From positions 1-35,773 of the forward strand of contig JAVECL010000210.1 in the NCBI GenBank assembly GCA_051942245.1: a stretch of 35,773 nt of DNA. The letters run 5' to 3'. The translations under genes and the position numbers were made by a program. Positions 10,722 through 22,580 of the stretch are shown here, in pieces (the first letter of the stretch is position 1; the number at the start of each line of letters is the position of its first letter). This DNA comes from Trypethelium eluteriae (taxonomy: Eukaryota). The notes beneath the pieces were generated by a model. It searched no databases and was not told where the DNA came from. It worked only from the letters and a program-made list of their open reading frames with translations.

Positions 10722-12451
10722 CTATTCCCCCCGTCGCCGTTTGGTGACTTGCGATTTTGTTCCATTCGTTACTGCTCTACGGCTTGCTTGGTCTTCGCCG
10801 CTTCCAGCGCTCTCATCTCCAGCCCAATCCTTGCCTTGACCCGGAGTTCGGCGACGGAATTGGCCAGCGCCTATGGCAACAATATCGTCTTCCGAGTCAC
10901 TGCCACCCACGTCGAGAAGCACGGGCATTCGGAACTGCGAATCATTCATCCCTACGAATTTGCGATCTATCGTCAAAACATCGACTGGTTCATCCTCACG
11001 GTCCAATCTCCTCTTGTGAAGTTCTTCGATGGGGTGTATGTCGAATTCATCCTCAGGCTCAACATATTCGACGTTCTCCTCTACCTCTGCGAAATCGGGT
11101 GCAAGTGCAGACCAACGTTGTGGGGTTTGTATTGACCAAAGGTAGATTTCGCCTTCGCTAGCCCCGCAAGCAACGATGAAGGGTCTTTCGGGATGCCACT
11201 AGTTTTGCGGTTAATCATTATTTTCATTGGTATTTGTACCTCTCTTGACTAACCTCAACTGCGCCTACTTCTTCTTTGTCGTCTTCGAGTGCAAGAATTT
11301 TGACGAGACTTCCCTGCTTTCTTTCCCAAATGTAGATATCATGACTTCCAAATGTGGACGCAGCGACGTAATCCCCAGTCGGACTGAATGCCACGTGGCT
11401 CCATGAGTGGCGGTTGACAACATCTTGGAATTTATGCTCCACTTCTAGCGAAAAATGGTCAATGTCAATGTTATGATCGTCGAAGCTGGGTAGCTTTAAA
11501 GTCCGAATAATGCCATCGCTTGCATTGACGACAAAATATTGTCCTGATGCTGTGAACCGGATGAACAGAATAATTTTGGTCGAAAGCCGGGTAGAGTAAA
11601 TCGTCTCGCAAGAGCGTGTGTCAATCATGTTGATCCAGCCGAACCGAGTACCTGTGAATATATAATTGCCAGCCCCTGTGAACGTTGCGACAGTTGTCTG
11701 CTGTTTCGCGTCTTGAGCGGCCTGTTTTTCAGAGACGTTCTCCCGTTCAACCTGGGTCCGGTGCGGTGCCGAAGAGAGAGAGCGTTTCTTTGGGATGTCG
11801 GAGGAAATGTCGACCAGAACTGGCTGGTCTTCGAAAAGAGCGGCAACGAATTGAAAGCTTTCGAATCGGTCAGGAGGTGCACAGCGAAAGCATCCTGGGA
11901 ATGGCTTACTGATCATGTGGGTGTAGTTCAGCGATAAAGACGGGAGCTTGGAACTTGACGGTCCGCACGCGAGAGCCGTCTTGAAGGTCCCATAGCACGC
12001 ATTTCCAGTCTTGAGAAGCACTGAGGAGATAACGTCCATTGGCAGACCAGCTAACTAGATCAGCATTGTTTCTCTTTACAGCACTACTTGCAAGATCCAG
12101 CAAACCTCAGAGACTGAATTTGGCGGGTGTGACCCCTGAGTTTCCGGGCAATGCCATTCGTTCCTACATCGAAGATGATGACGGTTCCGTCGGCCTGATG
12201 AGAAGATGAATAAGCCAGGCAGTGATGGTGGTGCATGCACAGTCCACCTACTCGACCAGAGGCGAGAAGATCACCTCCGCGGTTGAAACGTATGCAGGTG
12301 GCGTGACCGCTGCCTAAAGTTCAGTCAGTCACTACAGACAGGCAAATGTGCAACACAATGCAGTATAGAGACGCAACTGACGGAGCTTTCCGCTAAGAAC
12401 TTCCGGGAGTTCTTGCACGAGAATGAAAGGGTCGAGCAGCTCTTGATTCAT
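10722..12451 (-). CDS. SWD1: COMPASS/Set1 complex WD40 subunit Swd1 (RBBP5), 6 exons, ~480 aa
   Basis: Exons 12451-12382, 12313-12252, 12194-12106, 12050-11910, 11857-11254, 11198-10722 (1443 nt). MNQELLDPF...SGHATCIRFNRGGDLLASGR, LEVEHKFQDVVN, WSALAPDFAEVEENVEYVEPEDEFD are Swd1/RBBP5 signatures. Confidence 0.93.
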
Positions 12452-13187
12452 GGCTGCAGATGGAGACAATACGGCCTACCTCGGCAGCCAGCAACAGCGA
12501 CTGCGAGGAGCCGTTGAGTCACAATCATGACCCACAGGAAGCTCGTGCCTCGAGAAATGAGGCGGGGAGGGGCAGTGCGAGGGGCGAGTGAGTGATGGGA
12601 GTCGTAGCGAAAGGCGATCGTCAATAGGTACTTAAGGTATTGTGTGCAGCAAGGTGTGGAGCATGAGGCTCCGCTTCCATGTCCGGACTAGCGCAGTTCG
12701 TAAGCGAGCAGGGCCGGTGGCCGGATTTCAGCCATGGCTCAAGGCTGCTGCAACCGCGACTCTCAAACTCCAATCCTCCCTTTCGCCATCGACACCATCC
12801 CCCATCCACCCTCCTCGCGCTGTCGAGCTGCGACGTGCACGAGGCCGTACTTCGATCCGCACACGCGTAGAAGTCGAGCGACTGCGGCATCACCATCCTG
12901 GAAGTCGGTTGAGTCGGTCGCCTCACTTCGGTCGCGCCACCTCTTTCACGTCAGCCCGTCGAGGCTGCAGCGCAACAAAGCGCGCCGTCTTTCATCACCA
13001 TATTGCTACCCATCATCACTATTGGTACTGGCAGGAACATTAGGGCCATCGTCCCGGCCGTGAGGGCCCGGAGAGGCAGGGAGGAGGTCTACACAGGAGG
13101 AGAGGTCGAGCGCGTCTGTCGCTCTTTCACGTAGCCAAGCACCGGCATATCACACATAGATAGATTTTCGGAAAAAAATCAGCCAAG

Positions 13188-16100
13188 ATGTCGAACTTCA
13201 ATTTCACACCGTCCAGCGCACCGCTGAAAACGATCGAGGAGATCCAATTCGGCCTCCTCTCACCCGAAGAGGTTAAGAACATGAGCGTGGTACATATTGA
13301 GTATCCAGAGACAATGGTTTGTATCCTCTTCCTGCACCCGTCGCAGGAAGTGCTGAAGACTGAACTGCTTCTAGGATGAGCAGAAGCAACGTCCTCGGGA
13401 GAAGGGGCTCAATGACCCTAAGCTCGGTTCTATCGATCGCGCCTTTGCTTGCGCCACTTGCGGTGAAAGCATGCAAGAGTGTCCAGGACACTTCGGGCAC
13501 ATTGAACTTTCGGTGCCTGTCTTCCATGTTGGTATGCATCTGTAATATCTCGGCCCTGCAAGTTCTCTCTCTGATGTTACTTAGGTTTCATCGGAAAGAT
13601 CAAGAAACTTCTGGAGATCTGTTGTCATCATTGCGGCAAGATACTTATGGATGAGGTAAGTGACGATCTTTTCTCTGAGCCTCGTTCGCTTACAGAGTAC
13701 TGACCTTGCTTGAACCTAGACTAATCCTGCATTCATCGAAGCCTTGAAGACCAGGGATCGCAAGCGCCGCTTTGACAAGATTTGGACGTTGTGTAAAAGC
13801 AAGAAGAAGTGCGAGCGAGACCCGCAGGACAATCCCGATGCGGATCACGATCCAGACCAACCCAAGAAGCCTTCATCCTCCCGGGGTGGTTGCGGAAACG
13901 TTGCACCAGATATTCGGAAAGAAGGACTAAAACTTCTTGGCACCTGGAAGTACGACAAATCCGAAGAGGAAGACGAAGAGCGTCGGATCGAGAAGAAGTA
14001 CATCACTCCTCAGCAGGCTCTGGAAGCATTCAACGGTATATCAGACGAAGACCTGCAGAAGATTGGTTTGGGCAGCGATTATGCCAAGCCAAAGTGGATG
14101 ATTCTGACCGTGCTTCCTGTGCCTCCGCCTCCAGTGCGCCCAAGTATCTCTGTTGATGGCACCGGACAAGGGCTTCGTGGCGAAGACGACTTGACATACA
14201 AACTTAGCGACATCATTCGTGCTAATGCCAACGTCAAGAAATGCAAGTCGGAGGGCTCGCCCGGTCACATTATTGCAGAATTCGAGACCCTTCTACAGTA
14301 CCATGTCGCAACTTACATGGACAACGATATTGCAGGGCAGCCGCAAGCAATGCAAAAATCCGGACGACCCATCAAATCCATTCGCTCCCGTCTGAAAGGA
14401 AAGGAAGGTCGTTTGCGTGGTAATCTCATGGGCAAGCGGGTCGACTTTTCTGCGCGTACGGTCATCACCGGAGATCCTAATTTGGATCTCGACCAAGTAG
14501 GAGTTCCACGGAGTATCGCTCGCACCCTGACCTATCCAGAAACCGTTACGCCCTACAATATTTCCAAGTTACATGAACTCGTCAGGAATGGCCCAAATGA
14601 ACATCCGGGCGCCAAATATGTCATACGGGACTCCGGCGAGCGAATTGATTTGCGCCATCACAAGCGGGCGTCGGAGATCACGTTGCAATACGGCTGGAAA
14701 GTGGAGCGTCACCTTATGGATGGCGACTTCATTATCTTCAATCGACAACCCTCTTTACATAAAGAGTCAATGATGGGACATCGTGTCAAAGTGATGCCCT
14801 ATTCGACTTTTCGCCTTAATCTTTCGGTCACTTCGCCCTACAATGCCGACTTTGATGGTGACGAAATGAATCTCCACGTACCACAAAGCGAGGAGACAAG
14901 AGCTGAAGTGATGCAGCTGTGCATGGTTCCTCTGAACATTGTGTCGCCTCAAGGGAACAAACCTTTGATGGGTATCATTCAAGACACTCTTTGCGGAATC
15001 TACAAAGTTTGCCGGAAAGATGTCTTTCTTACTAAGGAACAGGTCATGAATACTCTTCTATGGGTTCCAGATTGGGATGGGGTTGTGCCACCCCCTACAA
15101 TCCTTCGTCCTCGGCCAATGTGGACTGGGAAACAGATCATTAGCATGGCGCTCCCTTCTGGCTTACATCTTTACCGCCAGGGTTCGAATCATCCGATCGC
15201 TGACCAAGGACTACTTGTCAAGGGCGGCGAACTTATGTACGGCCTATTCAGCAAGAAAATTGTCGGTACTGGTCCCCAAGGCATTATTCACAGCGTCTAC
15301 AACGAGAAAGGGTGGGAAGCTGCTGTTGCTTTCTTCAATGCCACACAACGCATTGTGTGCTTCTGGCTCCTCCATAATGGATTTAGCGTTGGAATCGGAG
15401 ACACTATTCCAGACGCGAACACGACCGCAGCGATCGAAAAAGTCATCAATGACCAGAAAGAAGAAGTCGTGAAGTATACGGCAGAAGCAACAGAGAACAG
15501 GATGGAAGCTGCACCGGGAATGAGCATTCGTGAGACATTTGAAAACAAGGTGTCCACTGCGTTAAACGAAGCACGTAACAAGGCCGGCAAAGTGACTGAG
15601 GACAGTCTCAAGGACCTCAACAATGCTATCCAAATGGCTCGCTCAGGCTCCAAAGGTTCGGCCATCAACATATCTCAGATGACTGCTGCCGTGGGACAAC
15701 AGTCGGTGGAGGGCAAGCGCATCCCTTTTGGATTCAAATATCGCTCACTGCCACACTTCTCCAAAGACGACTATTCCCCGGAGGCGCGTGGCTTCGTCGA
15801 AAACTCGTATCTCCGTGGCCTGACGCCTACCGAATTTTTCTTCCACGCCATGGCTGGTCGAGAAGGTCTTATTGACACAGCTGTCAAAACCGCAGAAACA
15901 GGTTACATTCAGCGTCGTCTTGTCAAAGCTCTGGAGGACGTCATGGTCAAGTACGACGGTACCATCCGGAATTCGCTTGGAGACATTGTCCAGTTCGTGT
16001 ATGGTGAGGACGGGCTCGATGCAGTGCACATTGAGCAACAGCAAGTCGACATCATCACACAGAGCAGCGAATCGTTCCGCTCAACGTTCCGCATGGATGT

Positions 16101-18710
16101 CATGGATCCCAACTTGTCTCTCTCACCAGATATCCTGGAACAGGCTCATGAAATCGCCGGTGATGTCGAGGTGCAAAGGTACCTTGATGATGAGTGGGAG
16201 CAGCTGCAAAAGGATCGCGAGTTCATGCGAACGTGGATGAAAGGCAAGGCGAAGAACGAAATCGACGAGCTACTCCAGTTACCACTGAACATTGTGCGCA
16301 TCATTGATACCGCCAAACACAAGTTTCGGATCAAAGATGGGTCTAGGAGTGATTTACACCCTGCTGAGGTCATTCCTCAAGTGAAAGGATTACTGGATCG
16401 TCTCATCGTCATTCGTGGCGATGATCCATTGTCCAGAGAAGCCGATGAGAGTGCTACTATACTCTTCAAAATCCTGCTCCGGGCTCGTCTTTCATTCAAG
16501 CGATTAGTAGCTGACCACTCTCTCAACAAGCTCTCGTTCGAGAACGTGCTTGGAGATATTGAGGCGAGATTCTCACGGTCCCTGGTTAGTCCAGGCGAAA
16601 TGGTCGGGGTCCTTGCGGCTCAGTCTATCGGGGAACCTGCAACGCAGATGACGCTCAACACTTTCCACTTCACTGGTATTGCGGCTAAGAACGTCACGCT
16701 TGGCGTTCCTCGTCTGAAAGAAATCTTGAATGTGGCCGAGAATATCAAGACTCCGCGGATGCACGTCTTTCAGGTTCGCGAGAATGAGACGAATGATGAG
16801 AAATGCAAAGCACTACGGAGTAAGGTGGAGCATACTACTCTACGCTCCATTACTGAGTCGACCGAAATCTGGTACGATCCCGACATCCAATCGACCGTCA
16901 TTGAAGCCGATAGGGATATGGTTGAGTCCTACTTCATTATTCCAGAGGATACGTCCGAAGACATCGCCAGCCAGTCAAAGTGGTTGCTACGCATTATCCT
17001 AAGCCGTCGAAAACTCCTGGACAAGACCCTCACCGCTTCGGATGTCGGTGCTCGACTCAAGGAGGCATTTGGGCAAGATCTTGCGGTCATCTTCAGCGAC
17101 GACAACGCTGATGAGCAAGTTATCCGTGTACGGACGGTCAACACGCAATCCAAAGATGATGAAGAGGAGGGAGAAACGCCTGAGCATTACCTTAAGAAGA
17201 TTGAGATGCACATGCTTGATATGTTGACACTGCGCGGAGTGCAGGGTATTACCAAAGCATACATGAACACCAGAGACCGGATCTATGAGAACGCTGCGGG
17301 TGCTCTTGTCAATGACAAGGACGAGCCGGAGTGGTACCTCGAGACTGACGGTAGCGCTTTTGCTGACGTTTTGTCTGTTGAGGGCGTGGATCCTTACCGA
17401 ACAACTACGAATTCCTTCACAGAGGTTCTCAAGGTCTTTGGGATTGAAGCAGCGCGTTCTTCTCTCTTCCTTCAATTGTACGAAGTGCTTTCATTTGATG
17501 GTTCGTACGTCAACTTCCGTCACATGCAGGTTCTGGTGGATGTCATGACAGCGCGTGGTAGCCTCATGGCGATTACACGTCATGGCATCAATCGTGCCGA
17601 TACTGGTGCTCTCATGCGCTGCTCGTTCGAGGAGACAGTGGAGATCTTGCTTGATGCAGCGTCTTTGGGCGAACTGGACGACTGTCGCGGCATCTCCGAG
17701 AACGTAATGTTGGGACAACTAGCTCCGATGGGTACAGGTGAGCACGAGATTATTCTGGATCAGAAAATGCTGGACAACTTGACTCAGAACGCAAGAGCTG
17801 GCCTTATGCCTAGCGTCGCAGACTCTACGGGCGCGGCAATGGATGGTTCTGCTACGCCTTATGAGCTTGGCTCCCCTATGCAAGAAGGGGGATTATATGG
17901 TCAAGACCCTGGTGCTTCTTTCTCTCCAATGGTCACGGGCGGCGGAGACGAGTCAGGTGGATTCACTGCCTACGGTGGCATCGCGGGTGACGGAGGGATG
18001 AGTCCCTATGGAGGTACCAGTCCTGCTTTCACGGGAGGTGGGCGAAGTCCCTTCAGTGGCCCCAGCCCTTCGTCACCAGGAGGCTATTCCCCAGCATCAC
18101 CGGTGTACTCTCCTTCTTCTCCAGGGATATCTCTCACGAGCCCAGGATTTTCGACTTCTCCACGGATGTCTCCAGCCAGCCCAGCCTACACTCCAACTTC
18201 ACCTGCATACTCTCCAAGTTCGCCTTCATTTGGTCCGTCCAGCGGGTCGCCAACATCGCCAGCCTATTCGCCTTCTTCACCAAACTTTTCGCCGTCATCC
18301 CCGAACTTTTATTCCCCAACTTCGCCAGCAGCCGGAAAGGGCGCGAGCCCGGCTTCTCCGGCATACAGTCCGACATCTCCGGCCTTCAGCCCTTCCTCGC
18401 CAATGTACAGCCCAACGAGTCCAAATCTCGGCGGTGGTGGTGCAAAGCGCCAATCACCAAATTCGCCAACGTCCCCTGCTTACAGCCCAGCTTCGCCAGC
18501 TTACAGTCCCACAAGCCCGGCTGGCAATGCATCATACTCTCCCACTTCGCCGCAGTTCTCAGGTACGCCGGGATCGGCGCCATACTCGGCTTCGTCGCCA
18601 AAATGGTCGCCTACCTCTCCGGCGGCTTATTCTCCATCGTAAGTCTTCTGACGTTCAGCCCTGTCGCCAAAAAATGCTTACCAGCTTAACACAGGTCTCC
18701 AAAAGAATGA
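13188..18710 (+). CDS. RPB1: RNA polymerase II largest subunit, 5 exons, ~1763 aa
   Basis: Exons 13188-13316, 13375-13531, 13585-13655, 13720-18638, 18695-18710. Motifs [46 protein letters not shown] and the heptad CTD. A terminal intron (18639-18694) gives ...YSPSSPKE*; unspliced, the frame stops at 18642. Confidence 0.98.
18085..18707 (+). repeat. RPB1 CTD degenerate heptad repeats (YSPxSPx)
   Basis: Translated repeats [42 protein letters not shown] and others, interrupted by short spacers. Confidence 0.9.
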
Positions 18711-19649
18711 ACAACACGCAACGATCGACTTGTACTCGTACTCTTAGATGAGCTCACGAGCATACTTGTTTCTTCACTGTATCACCACCACCAAAAATAA
18801 AACAATCCAAATCCGTGCATCTGGTTCTCGCGGCGTTATTCTGCTTTTCCATTTCCTGCTTACATTATTTCGCGCGATGACTCGACCGCAAGATGTCTTA
18901 GTAAGTCCTCTCACAACACACACCGACTGGCGTTTTCGGACTGTGCTTCGGGTCATACTTTCGAGCGGCGCTGGTGGCACGGCAGAACGGCAGCATCTGG
19001 CATGCAAATGCTTCCGTGGGGGAAATTTCTCTCTGGTTCCCCCCTTCTTCCCTTTCGCATTTCATATTTCCATCCATTTGTGCCCACCACCAAATTGTCA
19101 TGTTTGTGGGCTTCCGTGTCTCTTCCTGATTTACCGTCTTTCCCTTTTCCCCCAAGTCCGCTTGGGCACCCTTCGGCAGGGTCCTCCTATAGGAATCTGA
19201 AGAAAAGAGAGATTGCAGTGAGTGCGAGGATGGAGACTTTTTTTAGATAGAGAATTTCAGTTACAGGGGGTGAAGCAGAATGGGTGATTACTACTTTGAC
19301 GATGTCTATGCTGTCGCTGGCGGATGGAAGGGGAAGCAAGTAGTGGGTTGGTGACCAAGATTGTGTTGGATTGATGGAGGTGGAGGTAGAAATCGTAGAT
19401 AGATGGAGAATGAAGAATCTGTGTAATTTGAAGCGATGGCTGATAATTAAGTGACAAGTCTATAAATCATTGTGATCCTACATTGCTGTAAGGTATTGCC
19501 CATTTAACAGTGTAGTAAGTCCATTGGTCATTTTGCGGACTAGAAGTGCGGAGAATATTATTCTGAGGACTCGTGATGAAACACCACGAAACTCTGCTCT
19601 TCGGAACCATGCTCATTCAGGTTCCTATACCAAAAGATGCTGAAAAGAA

Positions 19650-21167
19650 ATGGCAAACTCAAAGTGAGTTGTCAGCAGTCTGACACGTAGGGAATGTCTT
19701 GCTGAAATATTCTCGACAGATACGAATACGTACGCGCCTTCGAGGAGTCTGATGTTTTACTCCCCAGTACCTGGATAGTTATCCGCATTGACGGGCGAGG
19801 ATTTCATAAGTTCGTGCATATCGCTTTCATTCGAATCGACAAGTTGACTAATAATATCCACATCACGATACCAGGCTTTCTGCGAAGTACGAGTTTGAAA
19901 AGCCAAATGACAAGAGAGCGCTCAATCTCATGAACGCTGCAGCAGAGGGCGTGATGAAAGAACTGCCGGACCTCGTGCTCGCCTACGGCGTTTCTGATGA
20001 GTTTAGGTACGTAACCTTGGATAATCTGTCTCGCTGCATCTGGTGCGCTCGAAGAAAGCCTCCCGATTAATAAAGCTTTTGCTTCAGCTTCATTTTCCAT
20101 AAAGACTGTACGCTTTTTGAGAGGAGAGAAAGGTATGCTTCCTCTCCAAATCCAAACATAATCCAATAAGGGTAACTTGTCAAACCATATTCTCTAATAT
20201 GTGTGTTGTCAAGTAAGCTTGTTACTACCGTTGTCTCGACCTTCACGTCGTACTATGTCTATCTGTGGCCTTCATACTTCGAAAACAAGCCCTTGTTCCC
20301 TCCATTACCTAGTTTCGACGGAAGAGCGGTATTATATCCCATTGACCGTATTTTGAGAGACTATGTGTCATGGCGTCAGGTTGACTGTGAGTATCTCCCG
20401 ATCAACCGGTCCTGATACTCGAGACCTCGCAAGCTTCGTCGGGCTCTTCGAAGTCGATCCATACGGTTCGAATTTTAGTAGGTCAAGCTGTTGACCAAAC
20501 TCACAGGCCACATTAACAATCTTTACAATACAACCTTCTGGGCGTTAGTTCAGAAAGGCAATATGAACGGCACCGACGCAGAAAAGGAGCTGATGGTAGG
20601 GCAAATGCTTCTATCCCTTTCTACTCGTGCTACTCTTCGCGTCCAAACCCATGGAATGATTGAACCAAGGCGAGCTTAATATCTACCTGTGGCTAACGTA
20701 CAATAGGGCACCGTCTCCAGCGACAAAAACGAAATCCTCTTCTCCCGCTTCGGCATCAACTACAATAACGAGCCCGAAATCTTCAAAAAAGGCAGTGTCC
20801 TCTACCGAGATGTAGGTCCTGCTACTCCAACCCATGCTTCATTCTTCATCTTTCCTCCTCGACAACACATCTAATGTCTCACGATCAGTACGCCAACACC
20901 ATCGCCACTTCTTCCTCATTTACCACTCTCACCACCGAACCCAATCTACCCAAAGCTGAAGAGACTCCGGCCTCGGCACCTGAATCCAGCGAGATGCCCA
21001 TCCCGGACGAACCACCGGCGCCAAAGTCCAAGACGCAGGCTGCGAAGGAGCAGAAGCTGCGCAAGCGGGCACGCATCGCGATCGAGCACGTCGACATAAT
21101 ACGAGACGAGTTCTGGATGCAGCGGCCGTGGATTTTATCCGGGAAGGCGGGCAAAGGTGGGAGGTGA
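19650..21167 (+). CDS. THG1: tRNA(His) guanylyltransferase Thg1, 8 exons
   Basis: Spliced: [13 protein letters not shown]...[13 protein letters not shown]...[14 protein letters not shown]...[10 protein letters not shown]...[11 protein letters not shown]...[17 protein letters not shown]...[18 protein letters not shown]...[11 protein letters not shown]. Seven GT-AG introns, the first at 19664-19719. Confidence 0.95.
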
Positions 21168-21704
21168 AGGGATTATGTGGCGAAGAGGCTGCGTTTGGCA
21201 GGGGGGAACTCATACATGGATTGTATAGATTAAGGCGAGATCGGTGTATCAGTGTTTGTAGCGAGAATAGAATTCGATCAGGAGATCGATTCCGTTTGTT
21301 TAACAGCTCACCAGGGGATGTCAGGCTTCATGAACCACCTTTAGGAAACGAGGCCCATGGAAACAAGGCCTGCTAAAATGGCTGGGGGCCTCCTGGCTCT
21401 CTTGGAGCTAAGATAGGACATCCTACACTAGAGGAACCATTTTTGATCAATGCTTCGTTTCCTCCTACGTTGGACCATATTGTATCTGGTCAGGAATTAC
21501 CATTTCATGAAAATCACACTGAGGGGCTCCTCAAATGCGTGGAAGTAAATGCATCGAGTCAGTTGGTGCTCGACTGAATTCCGTTGGCTCAACTACCAGG
21601 CCTGGTCTAAACCATATACACATAAATATAGACCCCATTCATTGATGCCTCATGGGCGCAAGGCTCTCCCCTTCTCACGTTACGGTTGGTCCTACCACCA
21701 TACC

Positions 21705-21953
21705 CTATCCTTGAAGCTCGTGCACTCGTTGAGAGAAGGTTCGAGGGCTATAGTGCAAACCGCCGCCCCCGCCTCCGCCGCGGGTTGCGCAATTCTCGCA
21801 TACGGCAGGCGCAGGCACGTTGATAGCCATACGAAAGACGCAGACCCGGTCGCACGCGTGGGTCTGACTGTTACGGCGGAAATGACAAGGAAGGGCAAGG
21901 CGGACGGTGGTGTGGCCGCAGCGTGGGAAGTAGAAGGTGTCGTAGGTGCACAT
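21705..21953 (-). CDS. Small Cys-rich hypothetical protein (82 aa), MC...CGH...C...C...CxxC type, likely zinc-binding
   Basis: Single-exon ORF with good start context (AAGACAATG) and a pyrimidine-rich leader upstream. Pattern MCTYDTFYFPRCGH-C-C-C-CENC, followed by a Gly run. Confidence 0.6.
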   Translation of the reverse strand: MCTYDTFYFPRCGHTTVRLALPCHFRRNSQTHACDRVCVFRMAINVPAPAVCENCATRGGGGGGGLHYSPRTFSQRVHELQG

Positions 21954-22580
21954 TGTCTTGACTGCTGGATTCTGGATGTGAGAGTAAGTCGTGTATTGAG
22001 GTTTTGGGAATGGGAAACTGCGGAAGCGGTACTGACGTTGGGGACTACGAGTGCAGCAGGGAGGAAGATGTGGCGAGAGTGTTCAACGTGAAAGCTCTTG
22101 TCTAGTTCAGATCGATGCTTGCGAGGAACAAATAGAATTGTGTAACCAAAATGTAAAAGTGCTTGAATTTGAAAGGAGTAAGCTATGGACAAATGGTGCG
22201 TAAGAAGAGAATTAAAGAAGTAAAAGTGTGACCGTGGAAACAAAGAAGCAAAACCTGATACTGCGGCATTATGACCTTGCTCATGTGAAAGCCTACTTTA
22301 CAAGCATCGATAAGTTCATAGATGTCGCCGATTCCAGCAAACGCAATCTGTGAATAAGCTGTCAGGGCTCAAAACATTCATGACCGTGGAATTTGATCTC
22401 AACGCCGTGTCAAGGGCTTGCGCCCAAGTGGTGACAATCCATTGCGAACTGGTTCAGCTTCCCAAAGAAAGCTGCCGCATCTATTTCAGAGCGGAAGATT
22501 GACTGATCTCGGTAGGAACCCCAAAGCTGAATGGAGAACAACAGCTGGGTGCTTCCTGGTGACTTTGAGAAACCTTGCCT

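Noticed and set aside
15540..15720. Alpha-amanitin-resistance substitutions in RPB1 domain F (QMTAAVGQQ)
   Set aside because: The key Arg, Ile and Gly residues are retained, and this position commonly varies in filamentous fungi.
19020..19260. Possible long hairpin or ncRNA from pyrimidine- and purine-rich tracts downstream of RPB1
   Set aside because: Complementarity is only partial and low-complexity, and I recognised no snoRNA or tRNA motifs.
21549..22243. Overlapping 180-aa (+) and 183-aa (-) ORFs
   Set aside because: No motifs. They are best explained as alternate-frame or antisense shadows of the 82-aa Cys-rich ORF and its leader.
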